DNA of 49,096 bases from an uncultured Christensenella sp. Its GTDB lineage: Bacteria; Bacillota; Clostridia; Christensenellales; CAG-138. The stretch covers positions 1-49,096 of the forward strand of contig CAZDXW010000001.1 of NCBI GenBank assembly GCA_964509485.1, in the 5' to 3' direction. Shown here one piece after another: positions 17,692 through 27,496 of the stretch (positions within the stretch are counted from its first letter, which is position 1; every line of letters starts with the position of its first letter). The position numbers were made by a program, and so were the translations under genes. The notes under the pieces were generated by a model. The model did not search any database and was not told where the DNA came from. It saw only the letters and a list, made by a program, of their open reading frames with translations.

Positions 17692-19473
17692 ATGAAAAAA
17701 GCAAAACTAGTTTTGGCCCTTGCTCTCGCTATTACGCTGATCGGAGCGTTTCTCGCATCCGGCATACAAACAGTGGGCGGAACGGTCAATGTCAGCAACA
17801 TCACCCTGGCGGCGGAGGATGGCAGAACGATTAGCGCACAGTTATTCGTTCCTGATTCGGCAACCGACAGTACTCCCGCGCCAGCGGTTCTGCTCAATCA
17901 CGGATATCTGAATACAAAGGAGCATATGACGGACATTGCTCTGGAACTTGCCAGAAGAGGATATGTTGTCCTTTCGCCGGACATGTCCGGACATGGATAT
18001 TCACAGCAGCTCGCCGTGGAGGGTCAGTTCTTCGGGCTTGAATCATCCGCAGGCGTAAACGCCGCTTTATTGTCCCTCTACGGCATGAGTATCGTCGACA
18101 ACAGTAATATCTCCGTTGTCGGGCACTCGCTGGGCGGCCACAACAGTGCTATAACCGAATTGAAATCGCCGGACAAGATTAAAGCGCTTGTTTTGCTGGG
18201 GTATTCTCCGTTCTTTGAATATACCTCCAGCTGCAATACCGCGGTTGTCATCAGCGAGTATGACGAGTTCCCGGGATTCTGGTTCGGCACTTCGAAAATC
18301 ACGGATGGCGGCAACTCGGCAAATCTCAAAATGCTGTTCAACACCGATGAAACGATCGTTGCGGGTCAGCTCTATGGCTCTTTCGAGGATGGAACCGCCA
18401 GAGAATGGTTCATGCCGGCAAACACGCACCCCGCCGATCTCTACCGTACGCAGCCGATTGCCGACACCATCAGCTTTATCCAAAGCTCGTCTCCCGCGCC
18501 GAACCCCATCGACCCGAACAGCCAAATCTGGCAGTGGCACCAGTTGGGAACCCTGATTGCGCTGCTGGGTTTTGCGTTCAGCATTTTCGCTTCGGCGTCG
18601 CTGCTCTTCAAAACTAAGTTCTTCGGCACCCTTGTTCAATCCTCGCAGAAGACTTCCGGGCTAAAAGGAATCCGCTGGTGGATTATGGCTGTTGTCGTTA
18701 CGACAATTCCCGCGCTTACGCTGTTTACGCTTGGCAATCTCGGCGCAAAAATCCCGCTTTCCACCTTACTCCCCGTGAAGTACTCGAATATCACGTTTAC
18801 CTGGGCGGTTGGCAACGGAATCATTTTCCTTGCTATGTTCCTGGTCTGGCACTTCGTCTCTGCAAAGATGGCGAAGGGCAGAGATTCCGTGTCCTATGGC
18901 CTGTCGACGAACGCCGAAACGCCTGCGTTCCAGTGGGCATCCATTGGAAAATCTCTCCTGCTTGCAATCTGCACTCTTGGCATTCCATACATCCTGCTTT
19001 GCCTTGTGTTCAGCGTGCTGAAGGTTGACTACCGGTTCATCGTTGTCATGTTCCACCCGATGGATTTTGTTCACTTCAAGGTGTTCCTGGTCTATATGAT
19101 TCCGTCAATTCTATTCTTTTTCGCATCGTCTCTGATCTCTTATTCCTGGTTCAGGACGAAAGAGTTTTCGGGAATCAAAGCGATCATTCCTTATCTTGCG
19201 AATGCATTGATCGTTGTTGTCGGCCTCGTCGTACTCAACCTGATGCAGTACGTTACCCTGTTCAATACCGGCTCCGTAAAATTCCCTGATGTGGTGTCCA
19301 GCTTGCTGGCAATCGCAGAATGGCAGCTGATTCCTCTGCTTGCGCTTGCGAGCGGTATCGCGACATACCTCAACAAGAAGACATCCAATATTTATGCCGG
19401 AGTGTTCACCAGCGCGGCACTTGTAGCATGGTACTCCATCTGCATCAATGCAATTGAAGTCGTTCTGAAATAG
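17692..19473 (+). CDS. Alpha/beta-hydrolase domain fused to a polytopic membrane domain
   Basis: Start at ATG 17692 (GGGAGGAAG RBS) with signal/anchor MKKAKLVLALALAITLIG. The nucleophile elbow is 'VVGHSLGG'. The C-terminal half of about 300 aa contains roughly 8 hydrophobic helices. Confidence 0.75.
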   Translation: MKKAKLVLALALAITLIGAFLASGIQTVGGTVNVSNITLAAEDGRTISAQLFVPDSATDSTPAPAVLLNHGYLNTKEHMTDIALELARRGYVVLSPDMSGHGYSQQLAVEGQFFGLESSAGVNAALLSLYGMSIVDNSNISVVGHSLGGHNSAITELKSPDKIKALVLLGYSPFFEYTSSCNTAVVISEYDEFPGFWFGTSKITDGGNSANLKMLFNTDETIVAGQLYGSFEDGTAREWFMPANTHPADLYRTQPIADTISFIQSSSPAPNPIDPNSQIWQWHQLGTLIALLGFAFSIFASASLLFKTKFFGTLVQSSQKTSGLKGIRWWIMAVVVTTIPALTLFTLGNLGAKIPLSTLLPVKYSNITFTWAVGNGIIFLAMFLVWHFVSAKMAKGRDSVSYGLSTNAETPAFQWASIGKSLLLAICTLGIPYILLCLVFSVLKVDYRFIVVMFHPMDFVHFKVFLVYMIPSILFFFASSLISYSWFRTKEFSGIKAIIPYLANALIVVVGLVVLNLMQYVTLFNTGSVKFPDVVSSLLAIAEWQLIPLLALASGIATYLNKKTSNIYAGVFTSAALVAWYSICINAIEVVLK

Positions 19474-19570
19474 GATCCCTTGCGGAAAGATCCGAAATCC
19501 GTTATGTCGCTCGTTTCGGCTAAGTTATCTACAATCCATTCCAGATAACAGCTTTAGCGCGTAACAATCA

Positions 19571-19628
19571 AACAACAGCAAGCGTTGAGTAACCTGCAAT
19601 CGTTACCTGCGCTTGCTGTTGTTTTATA
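19571..19628 (+). terminator. Intrinsic terminator after the hydrolase gene
   Basis: 14-bp stem AACAACAGCAAGCG / CGCTTGCTGTTGTT followed by a T-rich tail. Confidence 0.65.
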
Positions 19629-19653
19629 TCGTGTTTTGTCAGTTATGCAATAA

Positions 19654-19681
19654 TTGACGCAGTCTTTTTCTATGATATAAT
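19654..19681 (+). promoter_or_regulatory. Sigma-A-type promoter of the MarR gene
   Basis: TTGACG (19654-19659), a 16-nt spacer, then TATAAT (19676-19681), in an AT-rich tract. Confidence 0.5.
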
Positions 19682-19740
19682 AAATTGGTCTATAATAGAA
19701 TCAACATGATTTATATATAATCGCTTTTTAGGAGAAAAAC

Positions 19741-20286
19741 ATGCAACTTGAGTGGATGAAACAATACCGTTCATTGGTAGAAAAGTTTATCCGGTATGCC
19801 AATACTTATGTACTTGCGCACAACAGGCAACAGAGCTTTGGCACTTCTATTAAATTTTCCGCAATACAGATTCAGACACTTGAGTATATTATGGAAAATG
19901 AAAATATGAAAATGTCCGACATCGCGCGGAAATTGGGTGTTACGAGAAGCGCCTTTTCGAAGAACGTTAAAGCGCTCCAGGAAAAAGGATTGTTGGAAAA
20001 ATACAGGCTCGAAGGCAACAACAAAGATATCTATGTCTTCGCAACGGACTTTGGCAAAGAAACCTACAATTTATACGTGAAATATGTCTACGATATTTGG
20101 TTTAAGGACATGTTCGAAATGGCGGACAGCCTGCCAGCCGAGAGTCTGGCGGTTTTTGAGGATATGATTGAGGGATTTGCAAACGCCTTTATCACCAGTG
20201 GGCATGTGCAAAACAAACTCGTATACAGACCATTGGATAAAAGCGCATCGTTGCGCAAGTCTTTGGAGAAACCGCAGGAAAAATAA
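19741..20286 (+). CDS. MarR-family transcriptional regulator
   Basis: Winged HTH 'MSDIARKLGVTRSAFSKNVKALQEKGLLEKYRLEGNNKDIYVFATDFG'. Confidence 0.8.
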   Translation: MQLEWMKQYRSLVEKFIRYANTYVLAHNRQQSFGTSIKFSAIQIQTLEYIMENENMKMSDIARKLGVTRSAFSKNVKALQEKGLLEKYRLEGNNKDIYVFATDFGKETYNLYVKYVYDIWFKDMFEMADSLPAESLAVFEDMIEGFANAFITSGHVQNKLVYRPLDKSASLRKSLEKPQEK

Positions 20287-20352
20287 CGCCCGGATATTTT
20301 CCTTTTCAGCGCAAATGTGAAAACTAACATCAGGCAATCAAGCTTACAAACA

Positions 20353-20396
20353 ATCAAAACAGATCGGCAGCCCGAAGGCTGCCGATCTGTTTTGAT
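20353..20396. terminator. Bidirectional intrinsic terminator shared by marR (+) and araD (-)
   Basis: Perfect 20-bp stem ATCAAAACAGATCGGCAGCC-CGAA-GGCTGCCGATCTGTTTTGAT. Confidence 0.8.
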
Positions 20397-20475
20397 CAAC
20401 GAACATGCGCTCTGTATGTTCGTTCATAGAGCTTGTATTTTTAAGGCAGTTTTACGGATATGAATGACGCTTTCT

Positions 20476-21189
20476 TCAAGGAAGTATTTCGATATCCTTT
20501 GGTTCTTGACCGTAATACGCCGATGCGCCATGCTTCCGAAGATAATGTTTGTCGAGTAAATACTGATCGATTGGCTTGACTTCGTGGTTTAGCTGTTCGG
20601 TCATACAAGCCATTTTTGCGCAATACTCCATTACCGCCGCATGATACACCGCCAGATCACAAGTTTTACCCCAGGAAAACGGTCCGTGTCCATGGACTAC
20701 ACAGGCCGGTATTGCCATATGGTCCAACGATGCAAATGTTTCCGCGATCACGCTCCCGGTATTGCGCTCATATGCCTCCACAACCTCGCTCTGCGTCATA
20801 GCCCGCGTACAAGGTATTTCTCCGTAAAAGTAGTCGGCATGTGTTGTGCCATATGCAGGGATCGCTCTGCCTGCTTGCGCAAAGACGGTTGCATATTGAC
20901 TGTGCGTGTGCGCTACGCCGCCAATCCCGGAGAACGCCTTGTACAGTTGGATATGCGTTTCAAGGTCGCTGGAAGGGTTCCATCTTCCCTCCACGACCTT
21001 GCCGGAATAATCCACAACAACCATATCATTTGCGCAAAGAGACTCATATTCAATCCCGCTGGGCTTGATGACAATCAATTCGCTTTTGCGGTCTATCGCG
21101 CTGACATTCCCCCAAGTAAATAGAACCAACCCCAAGCGAACAAGCTCGATGTTCGCCCGATAGACTTGTTCTTTCAATTCTTCTAACAT
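20476..21189 (-). CDS. araD: L-ribulose-5-phosphate 4-epimerase (class II aldolase fold)
   Basis: Close end-to-end resemblance to E. coli AraD: MLEELKEQV...TWGNVSAIDR...VIKPSG...GGVAHTHS...TTHADYFYGEIPCTR...LDKHYLRKHGA.AYYGQ. Confidence 0.88.
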   Translation of the reverse strand: MLEELKEQVYRANIELVRLGLVLFTWGNVSAIDRKSELIVIKPSGIEYESLCANDMVVVDYSGKVVEGRWNPSSDLETHIQLYKAFSGIGGVAHTHSQYATVFAQAGRAIPAYGTTHADYFYGEIPCTRAMTQSEVVEAYERNTGSVIAETFASLDHMAIPACVVHGHGPFSWGKTCDLAVYHAAVMEYCAKMACMTEQLNHEVKPIDQYLLDKHYLRKHGASAYYGQEPKDIEILP

Positions 21190-21301
21190 AATGTTTCAAC
21201 ATATCCTCTCGTTGAAGATTTGTACTGAAATGGTCTAAACATCAGCCAAAGAACCATGCCCTATAAACACGTGTCCTTTTTCATGATAATTTTGAGCGGA
21301 A

Positions 21302-21340
21302 AAGAACATTGACAACAAATCTCGTCAGTAATGTTCTCCA
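21302..21340 (-). terminator. Possible terminator between the small ORF and araD
   Basis: Imperfect hairpin AGAACATTACTGAC...GTCAATGTTCT followed by TTTTCC on the minus strand. Confidence 0.35.
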
Positions 21341-21351
21341 CCGCTCAAATG

Positions 21352-21660
21352 TTACTCGAGTTCTTTATATATTTCCGTGTATGTCTCAATCATACAGCCA
21401 ATCTGCTGATCCAGCAGAGCATCGTGCTCCGAGTTCCCTTCTATCACTTGCAGCGCAGCGATTGCCGCCTCCAGGCTTGGAAACTCTGCCTCCCATATCA
21501 ACGTGTTCGTTGGCTCCTTTGCCGATATCGGAAGAAACCGACGTCCGACGGGCATTTGCGGGTCTTTCTTCTCCAGTTCAATAAAGTTTTTTTCTAAAGT
21601 CAGAAATAGCTCCTGATCCGCTTTATGGAATTTCTGCACAAACCGAAGTTTATATGCCAT
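21352..21660 (-). CDS. Small hypothetical protein (102 aa), possibly a ferredoxin-like alpha+beta fold
   Basis: The ORF overlaps the PfkB kinase stop by 11 nt, which suggests translational coupling. No recognisable motif was found. Confidence 0.5.
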   Translation of the reverse strand: MAYKLRFVQKFHKADQELFLTLEKNFIELEKKDPQMPVGRRFLPISAKEPTNTLIWEAEFPSLEAAIAALQVIEGNSEHDALLDQQIGCMIETYTEIYKELE

Positions 21661-22669
21661 AATCTGCCTCTCCTCTCACCTTCAGATACTCCCGAACCGT
21701 CTCTTGCTCAAACGTATGCGAAATGGAGTGGATACTCTTCACGGATTCGGTGGCAAAAAAGTTACCAAGGTCGGTCGATCGCAGATCGTCAAGCCGTCTG
21801 TGCTGGAAGGGGAGCCCCATCGCAAACCCGCAAGTAACGCCGGATAAATAGGCATCCCCTGCGCCCGCCGTACTCACTACCTCCGTATCCATCGGCGCGA
21901 TGAACTCCACCACGCCTTTATGATAGGAGTAGCTTCCTTGAGAACCGCGGGTAATCACGATGTGAATGTCTGGATTCACTGCGGCAACCTTGGCGTAGCA
22001 TTGTTCCATTGCCACCTCATCGTCGTTCGTGTCAACACCGGCAACCGCTTTTGCTTCCGTTTCGTTCAGGGCGAGTAAATCCGTCAATTGCAGACCACCG
22101 TTTTCGATGAAAAACTGTGCCTCATCGACAACAAGCGATGCCACGCAAAACGCACCGTTTTTCTTGCCCAATTTGAGCAGATGCAACCGCGCCGCAACCG
22201 AAACCTCCGGCGCTGCGACGATGATTGTATGTTTATCAATCCGAACCCCGCTGCGATGGATCTGTTCATCGATAAACGCTTCGTTCACAAGAGCGCAGGC
22301 GCTGTTTCCCGACGTAACGTTGCACGAGGTATTGTCCGTGTATTGCAGGCATACGCTATACATCGTGGGGTACTGATCGGTCTCAACAACCATTGTGGTA
22401 TCGATTCCAGCCTCACGCATCTCTTCTTTCACGCGGTTGCCCTGCGCATCACTTCCGACCATTCCAATTGCGTATGCCTTCGCATGCCCGGAAAGCGTCT
22501 TTGCAATGTAATGCAGGATGATGTGCTGCTTGCAATAGTCACGCGCGCCGCTCAGCACTGCCTGACGGGATTCGTTTCTCTCCAGCGTGCGATCGCTGTC
22601 CATGAGAAATAGTACGCCCGTTCCAATGCCGCCTGTGCCTATGATTTTCGAATAACTCAGCTGCGTCAT
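21650..22669 (-). CDS. PfkB-family (ribokinase-like) sugar or sugar-phosphate kinase
   Basis: N-terminal GGIGTG and the C-terminal anion-hole motif 'TAGAGDAY'. ATGA overlap with the upstream gene. Confidence 0.8.
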   Translation of the reverse strand: MTQLSYSKIIGTGGIGTGVLFLMDSDRTLERNESRQAVLSGARDYCKQHIILHYIAKTLSGHAKAYAIGMVGSDAQGNRVKEEMREAGIDTTMVVETDQYPTMYSVCLQYTDNTSCNVTSGNSACALVNEAFIDEQIHRSGVRIDKHTIIVAAPEVSVAARLHLLKLGKKNGAFCVASLVVDEAQFFIENGGLQLTDLLALNETEAKAVAGVDTNDDEVAMEQCYAKVAAVNPDIHIVITRGSQGSYSYHKGVVEFIAPMDTEVVSTAGAGDAYLSGVTCGFAMGLPFQHRRLDDLRSTDLGNFFATESVKSIHSISHTFEQETVREYLKVRGEADYGI

Positions 22670-23556
22670 GCGTTTATTCCTTTAAACTCCCATTCCGGAT
22701 GCTCCGCAATCGGATGTCGCGCGGTTTCATACGTCGCCGTGATGACGGCATCCGGATGCTCCTGAAGCAACGTCAGAGGATACTCAACGTCCGGCTCAGA
22801 GAACAAGGCCACGCGAAGGGCGGTCTGCTTCCAAGCTCCTGTGTCGCTGAATACGCGCACTTTTCGCGCGCTTAAACACTCCTTGACGCCTAACGTAATC
22901 GACATAGGTGGCACGAATTGATACGCCGCGCCAAAGCTGCGCTGCCCCAGCGTCAAGATCGTGTCGATGTTGTTGTCCTGAATGCGGATCGATGCATTTC
23001 GCAGTTGATCCAGTGAGATTTTGCTGAACGGATGACGGCGGGACTGGTTATATGCAATGTGGCCATCCTGTCCCCAACCGCCAAGCGTGATATCAATCGG
23101 CGCTTCGTAAATCTTAATACGGATCTCCTCCATCGTTTCCGGAGAGAGGAAATACCGCTGCTCAACAGGCACTGCGAGCGCCTCGTCTACGCCGCCATAG
23201 AAATTCTTTTCCATAAACGTCCGGAAGTTATAGGGATCGTTTTTGGCAAGGGGTTGTCCTTCCCAATCCAGGCATTCATCCATATGGAAAACCACCAGAT
23301 TGTTCAGTGAAACACGTTGTTCGTTTACCATCCGCGTAAACGGCTCATACCAGCAAACCGGTCCGCACGGAATGATCGCACGGCACTTTCTGCCCTCTCG
23401 CTGCGCCTGCAATACGGATTCGATCAATTCTTCCGCCATCAGATCGCCCATCCGAGCGGAATCCTGTACAAGGCGAAACGGGGTTTTTAAGTCCGGGTGT
23501 CCCTCCAGCTTCTGCGCGTCTACGCTGCACCAGGTATATAGCATCTTTAAGTCCAT
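22666..23556 (-). CDS. NagB/6-phosphogluconolactonase-superfamily sugar-phosphate isomerase/deaminase-like protein (divergent)
   Basis: 'VVFHMDEC' and 'GGWGQDGHIAYNQS' align with the NagB motifs 'FNMDEY' and 'GGVGNDGHIAFNEP'. Start taken at ATG 23556 (MDLKMLY, AGAGGGA RBS), which avoids overlap with the upstream gene. Confidence 0.7.
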   Translation of the reverse strand: MDLKMLYTWCSVDAQKLEGHPDLKTPFRLVQDSARMGDLMAEELIESVLQAQREGRKCRAIIPCGPVCWYEPFTRMVNEQRVSLNNLVVFHMDECLDWEGQPLAKNDPYNFRTFMEKNFYGGVDEALAVPVEQRYFLSPETMEEIRIKIYEAPIDITLGGWGQDGHIAYNQSRRHPFSKISLDQLRNASIRIQDNNIDTILTLGQRSFGAAYQFVPPMSITLGVKECLSARKVRVFSDTGAWKQTALRVALFSEPDVEYPLTLLQEHPDAVITATYETARHPIAEHPEWEFKGINA

Positions 23557-23623
23557 GGTTTTGTCCCTCTTTATTCTTGTATTGAACTCCTGTTCTGTTT
23601 CAACGCTTCTTTCTAAGCGTCTC

Positions 23624-24634
23624 TCAGGGTTCGATAATCCCAATCTCTAGTTCGACTTTAATCGCTTCTCCCGCGCGAAGAATCGGCAGCTCACCTGCGT
23701 CGCGCAACGCTCGCCGTCCGATGCATCGCACGTTGGATGGCTCCAACGCAAGAACGTAGTCCACCGGGTTCTCCAGCTTCCAGTGATTCAGATATGGCAA
23801 CTGATCCATTTTCTGGCGAATATATACGCCCAACCCGCTTGGATGTCGAACCTCCGATTGGTTGTATCCCGAGCGATTCGTCAGCGTATGGATATAATTC
23901 TTTTCCCGCGCATTGGAGTCCGGTTTTGAGAATGTGAACAGACGGCTCGCATCCTCTGCTGAGTAGTCATCATACGGCTCTGTTTTCATCGCATCCACTG
24001 AAATCGTCGTGCCCTCGCACAGCAGCGGAAAGCCGAAGTTGATATGATAGAGCAGCAGCAACGGTTCATCTTTGATTCCATAGTTTTCAAACTCATCCGT
24101 CACTCGAATATGGTTCTCCCCGAACGCAGACGAAATCGTTCTCCTCGCCCTGATCTTTGCTCCAAAGCACACACTGTCTTCGATGTCTCCCGAGATCAAT
24201 ATATCGCCGCCCCGGGTTGATAGATCGCATACGTTCTTTGCCGGAATAACATTCTGTCGCCCATGGTGTCCGTAGGAACGTCCTTCATCGACGCACGCAT
24301 CTCCAACATTTTCATATCCGCAGGTCGTCAACAGCCCCGCAAAGAACGTGTGAAACCAGCCGTCTCCCACTGGATTATAAAAAGCCGCGTTTGTTTCCCC
24401 GTTGGGCGTGAGGTAGGTCAGGTTTTCGCCGCGATAGGATGCGAGCGAGATATCCAACCCCCTGTCCGGGAGGATGGTATATTCAAGCCCTCCTCCCGTT
24501 CGTACATCGATTGCGTTCACTCCGCGGCTAAACCCCTGTGTCAATGTATAATGCCGCGTTCCGCACACTTGGTATCCGTTGCCTACATATGGTTTCCAGT
24601 TCGCGAGGCGTGCCTCGCCGTTCAACATCTTCAT
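23624..24634 (-). CDS. Aldose-1-epimerase-like protein (DUF4432 type)
   Basis: 336 aa. The N-terminal pattern '...GVNAIDVRTGGGLEYTILPDRGLDISLASYRGENLTYL' is characteristic of the DUF4432 branch of the galactose-mutarotase-like fold. Confidence 0.6.
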   Translation of the reverse strand: MKMLNGEARLANWKPYVGNGYQVCGTRHYTLTQGFSRGVNAIDVRTGGGLEYTILPDRGLDISLASYRGENLTYLTPNGETNAAFYNPVGDGWFHTFFAGLLTTCGYENVGDACVDEGRSYGHHGRQNVIPAKNVCDLSTRGGDILISGDIEDSVCFGAKIRARRTISSAFGENHIRVTDEFENYGIKDEPLLLLYHINFGFPLLCEGTTISVDAMKTEPYDDYSAEDASRLFTFSKPDSNAREKNYIHTLTNRSGYNQSEVRHPSGLGVYIRQKMDQLPYLNHWKLENPVDYVLALEPSNVRCIGRRALRDAGELPILRAGEAIKVELEIGIIEP

Positions 24635-24709
24635 GTATGCCTTCCGTTCGCTCTTCTCTGCAGCAAACCCAAGTTCATCGTTTGAGTTTGATCGCTTCTC
24701 AACGAACCA

Positions 24710-25879
24710 TTACGCTTTCGATCTGCTCTTGGACAGAATGTCGAATGCTACGGCAAGCAGGAGGACCAGGCCTTTAATCGTCTGCTGCCAGTCAACGCTG
24801 ATGCCCAGGATGGACATTCCGTTGTTGAGAACACCCATGATCAGCGCGCCGATGATCACGCCAAAGACCGTGCCGATACCGCCGCTTGTTGAAGCGCCAC
24901 CGATATAGCAGGCGGCAATGGCATCCAGCTCAAATCCTGTGCCGGCCTTCGGCGAAGCTGCGTTCAGTCGTCCCGCAATGACGATTCCGGCAAGCGCGGA
25001 AAGCAGCGCCATGTTGACATATACGGCAAACAGCACTCGGCTCGTTTTAATACCGGAGAGCCTTGAGGCCTTTTCGTTGCCACCCATCGCATAGATATGC
25101 CGTCCGAAGGTTGAATGCTTCGTGATGACATAGTAAATCAGTACGAGCGTCATCAGGATGATCATGATGACCGAGATGCCTTTATAGGAGGCGATCACCC
25201 AGGAAATCCCGTTAATCAAGGCCAGCATGAGCACTATTTTGATCACCTGCAGTACAACCGACCCATTGTCAACGCCGTATTTCTTCGACTGGCGGCTTTT
25301 GCGAAGAGAGCTGAAGATATATGCAATCGAGAGAACAGCCCCCAGGCCAAGCGTGATGAAGTGCAGCTCGCCATCGTTGATATAGTCCGAGATGAACCCG
25401 GAACTGATCGCTTGAAATGAGTCCGGAAACGGGCCAATCGTTCTGCCGTTGAGGATTACCAGCGTCAAACCGCGGAAGACCAGCATGCCCGCGAGCGTTA
25501 CAATGAAGGAAGGAATCTTCACTACGGCAATCCAGAATCCCTGCCAGGCCCCGATTGCAAGGCCAACGAGGAGCGCAATTCCGATGCTGATCCAAACATT
25601 GATCCCCATGTTCACGATCAGATTGCCGCACAACGCGCCAATAAACGCGACGATGGAGCCAACGGACAGGTCGATATTGCCACCGGACAGAATGCAAAGG
25701 AGCATGCCCATTCCAAGAATGAACACATAGCTATTTTGCAAAACCAGGTTGGTAATGTTTAACGGCATAAACAGCATGCCATCCGTCAGGATCGCGAAAA
25801 ATATCATAATCGCGATCAATGCGAGGCCCATAGCGTATCCGCGCGTATTATTCTTAATGATTTTCCGAATGTTCAACAT
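24710..25879 (-). CDS. Monosaccharide ABC transporter permease (GguB/XylH-like)
   Basis: 389 aa with about 10 TM helices. It follows the ATPase gene by 5 nt. Confidence 0.85.
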   Translation of the reverse strand: MLNIRKIIKNNTRGYAMGLALIAIMIFFAILTDGMLFMPLNITNLVLQNSYVFILGMGMLLCILSGGNIDLSVGSIVAFIGALCGNLIVNMGINVWISIGIALLVGLAIGAWQGFWIAVVKIPSFIVTLAGMLVFRGLTLVILNGRTIGPFPDSFQAISSGFISDYINDGELHFITLGLGAVLSIAYIFSSLRKSRQSKKYGVDNGSVVLQVIKIVLMLALINGISWVIASYKGISVIMIILMTLVLIYYVITKHSTFGRHIYAMGGNEKASRLSGIKTSRVLFAVYVNMALLSALAGIVIAGRLNAASPKAGTGFELDAIAACYIGGASTSGGIGTVFGVIIGALIMGVLNNGMSILGISVDWQQTIKGLVLLLAVAFDILSKSRSKA

Positions 25880-25884
25880 ATACG

Positions 25885-27420
25885 TTACCCCTTATTGCTT
25901 TGTACAATACACTTCATAATCTTTTCCTGCGTCGCTTCACCTTTGTCGAGTTCACCGACGATTCTTCCCTCATTCATCACATAAATCCTGTCGCATAAAC
26001 CCAAAAGCTCAGCGAGTTCAGAAGAAATCAGCAGGATGAATTTGCCCTCGTTTGCAAGTTTGTTAATGATGGTGTAGATTTCGTATTTTGCGCCAACGTC
26101 GATCCCTCGCGTCGGTTCGTCGAGCAACAGTACCTCTGGGTTCGAGAAGATCCATTTGCCCAGAGCAACCTTCTGCTGATTTCCACCGGAAAGATTCCCA
26201 ACCGATTGAAACAAGCTCGCCGCTTTGATGCGAAATCGTTCCTGGAGTTTCCGGCACTCGCGTATCTCTTTTCCGTCATCGACAAAATAACGCGAGCCAA
26301 CTTTTTCCAGCCCGGCCATCGTTAGATTTGTTTTAATATCGTGAATCAGCACCAGACCTTCGCTTTTTCGGTCTTCTGACACATAAGCCAATCCGTTTTT
26401 AATCGCGTCGCTTATCTGATGGATATGCAACCGCTTTCCGCACTTATGGATCTCGCCGGAAATTCGAACGCCATACGCTTTTCCGAACACGCTCTTTGCA
26501 AACTCGGTGCGACCTGCGCCCATGAGGCCAGCCAGTCCGACAATCTCACCCTTGCGTATATTCAGGTTTACGTGGTCGACCATCACACGATCGCTGTCCA
26601 TTGGGTCATGCACAACCCAATCCTGCACCTCAAACAATTCATCCGCTTGGATGTTCGCATCCCTGTGTGGAAAACGGTTTGTCAGCTCCCGACCAACCAT
26701 CCCGCGAATAATCCGGTCTTCCGAAATTTCATCCACGCCCTGTACAAGCGTCTCGATTGTTGAGCCATCCCGAAGGATTGTTATTTCATCCGCAACTTTC
26801 AACACTTCATTGATCTTGTGCGAAATAATAATCGAAGTTATGCCTTCTTCTTTCAAGTGAATTAACAACTCTAGGAGTTTGTTCGATTCTTCATCATTCA
26901 GAGCAGCGGTTGGCTCATCCAGAATCAACAGTTTCACGTTCTTCGACAGCGCCTTTGCAATCTCGACCAACTGCTGTTTTCCTACGCCGATGTCCTTGAT
27001 CAGCGTCGATACATCAATCGACAAACCGACCTTTCCCAATAGACCCACGGTTTCCTGGTGCGTCTTATTCCAGTCAATCAACGATCCCTTCATCCGCTCG
27101 TTGCCTAAAAAAACATTCTCGGCAATCGAAAGGTAAGGCACCAACGCCAACTCCTGATGGATAATGACGATGCCTTCTTTCTCACTATCCGTAATGCTCT
27201 TAAAGCAGCACGGTTTGCCATGAAATATAATCTCACCGGTGAAGGTACCATGCTTATAGATTCCGCTGAGCACATTCATCAGTGTGGATTTTCCGGCGCC
27301 ATTTTCACCGACCAAAGCATGAATGTGGTGTTCTTCGACCCTGAAGTTCACATTGCTGAGCGCCTTCACACCCGGAAACTCTTTGGTGATGCCTTTCATC
27401 TCCAGAATTACGTTTGACAT
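25885..27420 (-). CDS. Monosaccharide ABC transporter ATP-binding protein, duplicated ATPase (GguA/XylG/RbsA-like)
   Basis: Two ABC cassettes with Walker [10 protein letters not shown], signature LSGGNQQK and Walker B LLLDEPT. Confidence 0.9.
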   Translation of the reverse strand: MSNVILEMKGITKEFPGVKALSNVNFRVEEHHIHALVGENGAGKSTLMNVLSGIYKHGTFTGEIIFHGKPCCFKSITDSEKEGIVIIHQELALVPYLSIAENVFLGNERMKGSLIDWNKTHQETVGLLGKVGLSIDVSTLIKDIGVGKQQLVEIAKALSKNVKLLILDEPTAALNDEESNKLLELLIHLKEEGITSIIISHKINEVLKVADEITILRDGSTIETLVQGVDEISEDRIIRGMVGRELTNRFPHRDANIQADELFEVQDWVVHDPMDSDRVMVDHVNLNIRKGEIVGLAGLMGAGRTEFAKSVFGKAYGVRISGEIHKCGKRLHIHQISDAIKNGLAYVSEDRKSEGLVLIHDIKTNLTMAGLEKVGSRYFVDDGKEIRECRKLQERFRIKAASLFQSVGNLSGGNQQKVALGKWIFSNPEVLLLDEPTRGIDVGAKYEIYTIINKLANEGKFILLISSELAELLGLCDRIYVMNEGRIVGELDKGEATQEKIMKCIVQSNKG

Positions 27421-27443
27421 GTTATTTGCCCCCTGCTTGTTTT

Positions 27444-27482
27444 GGCCTTCTTAAGCGATTTGACTCATCGCTTAAGAAGGCC
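27444..27482 (-). other. Intercistronic hairpin after the binding-protein gene
   Basis: Perfect 16-bp stem GGCCTTCTTAAGCGAT / ATCGCTTAAGAAGGCC. Hairpins like this in ABC operons typically stabilise or attenuate the mRNA to raise binding-protein stoichiometry. Confidence 0.6.
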
Positions 27483-27496
27483 ATTCGCAAAATTCG

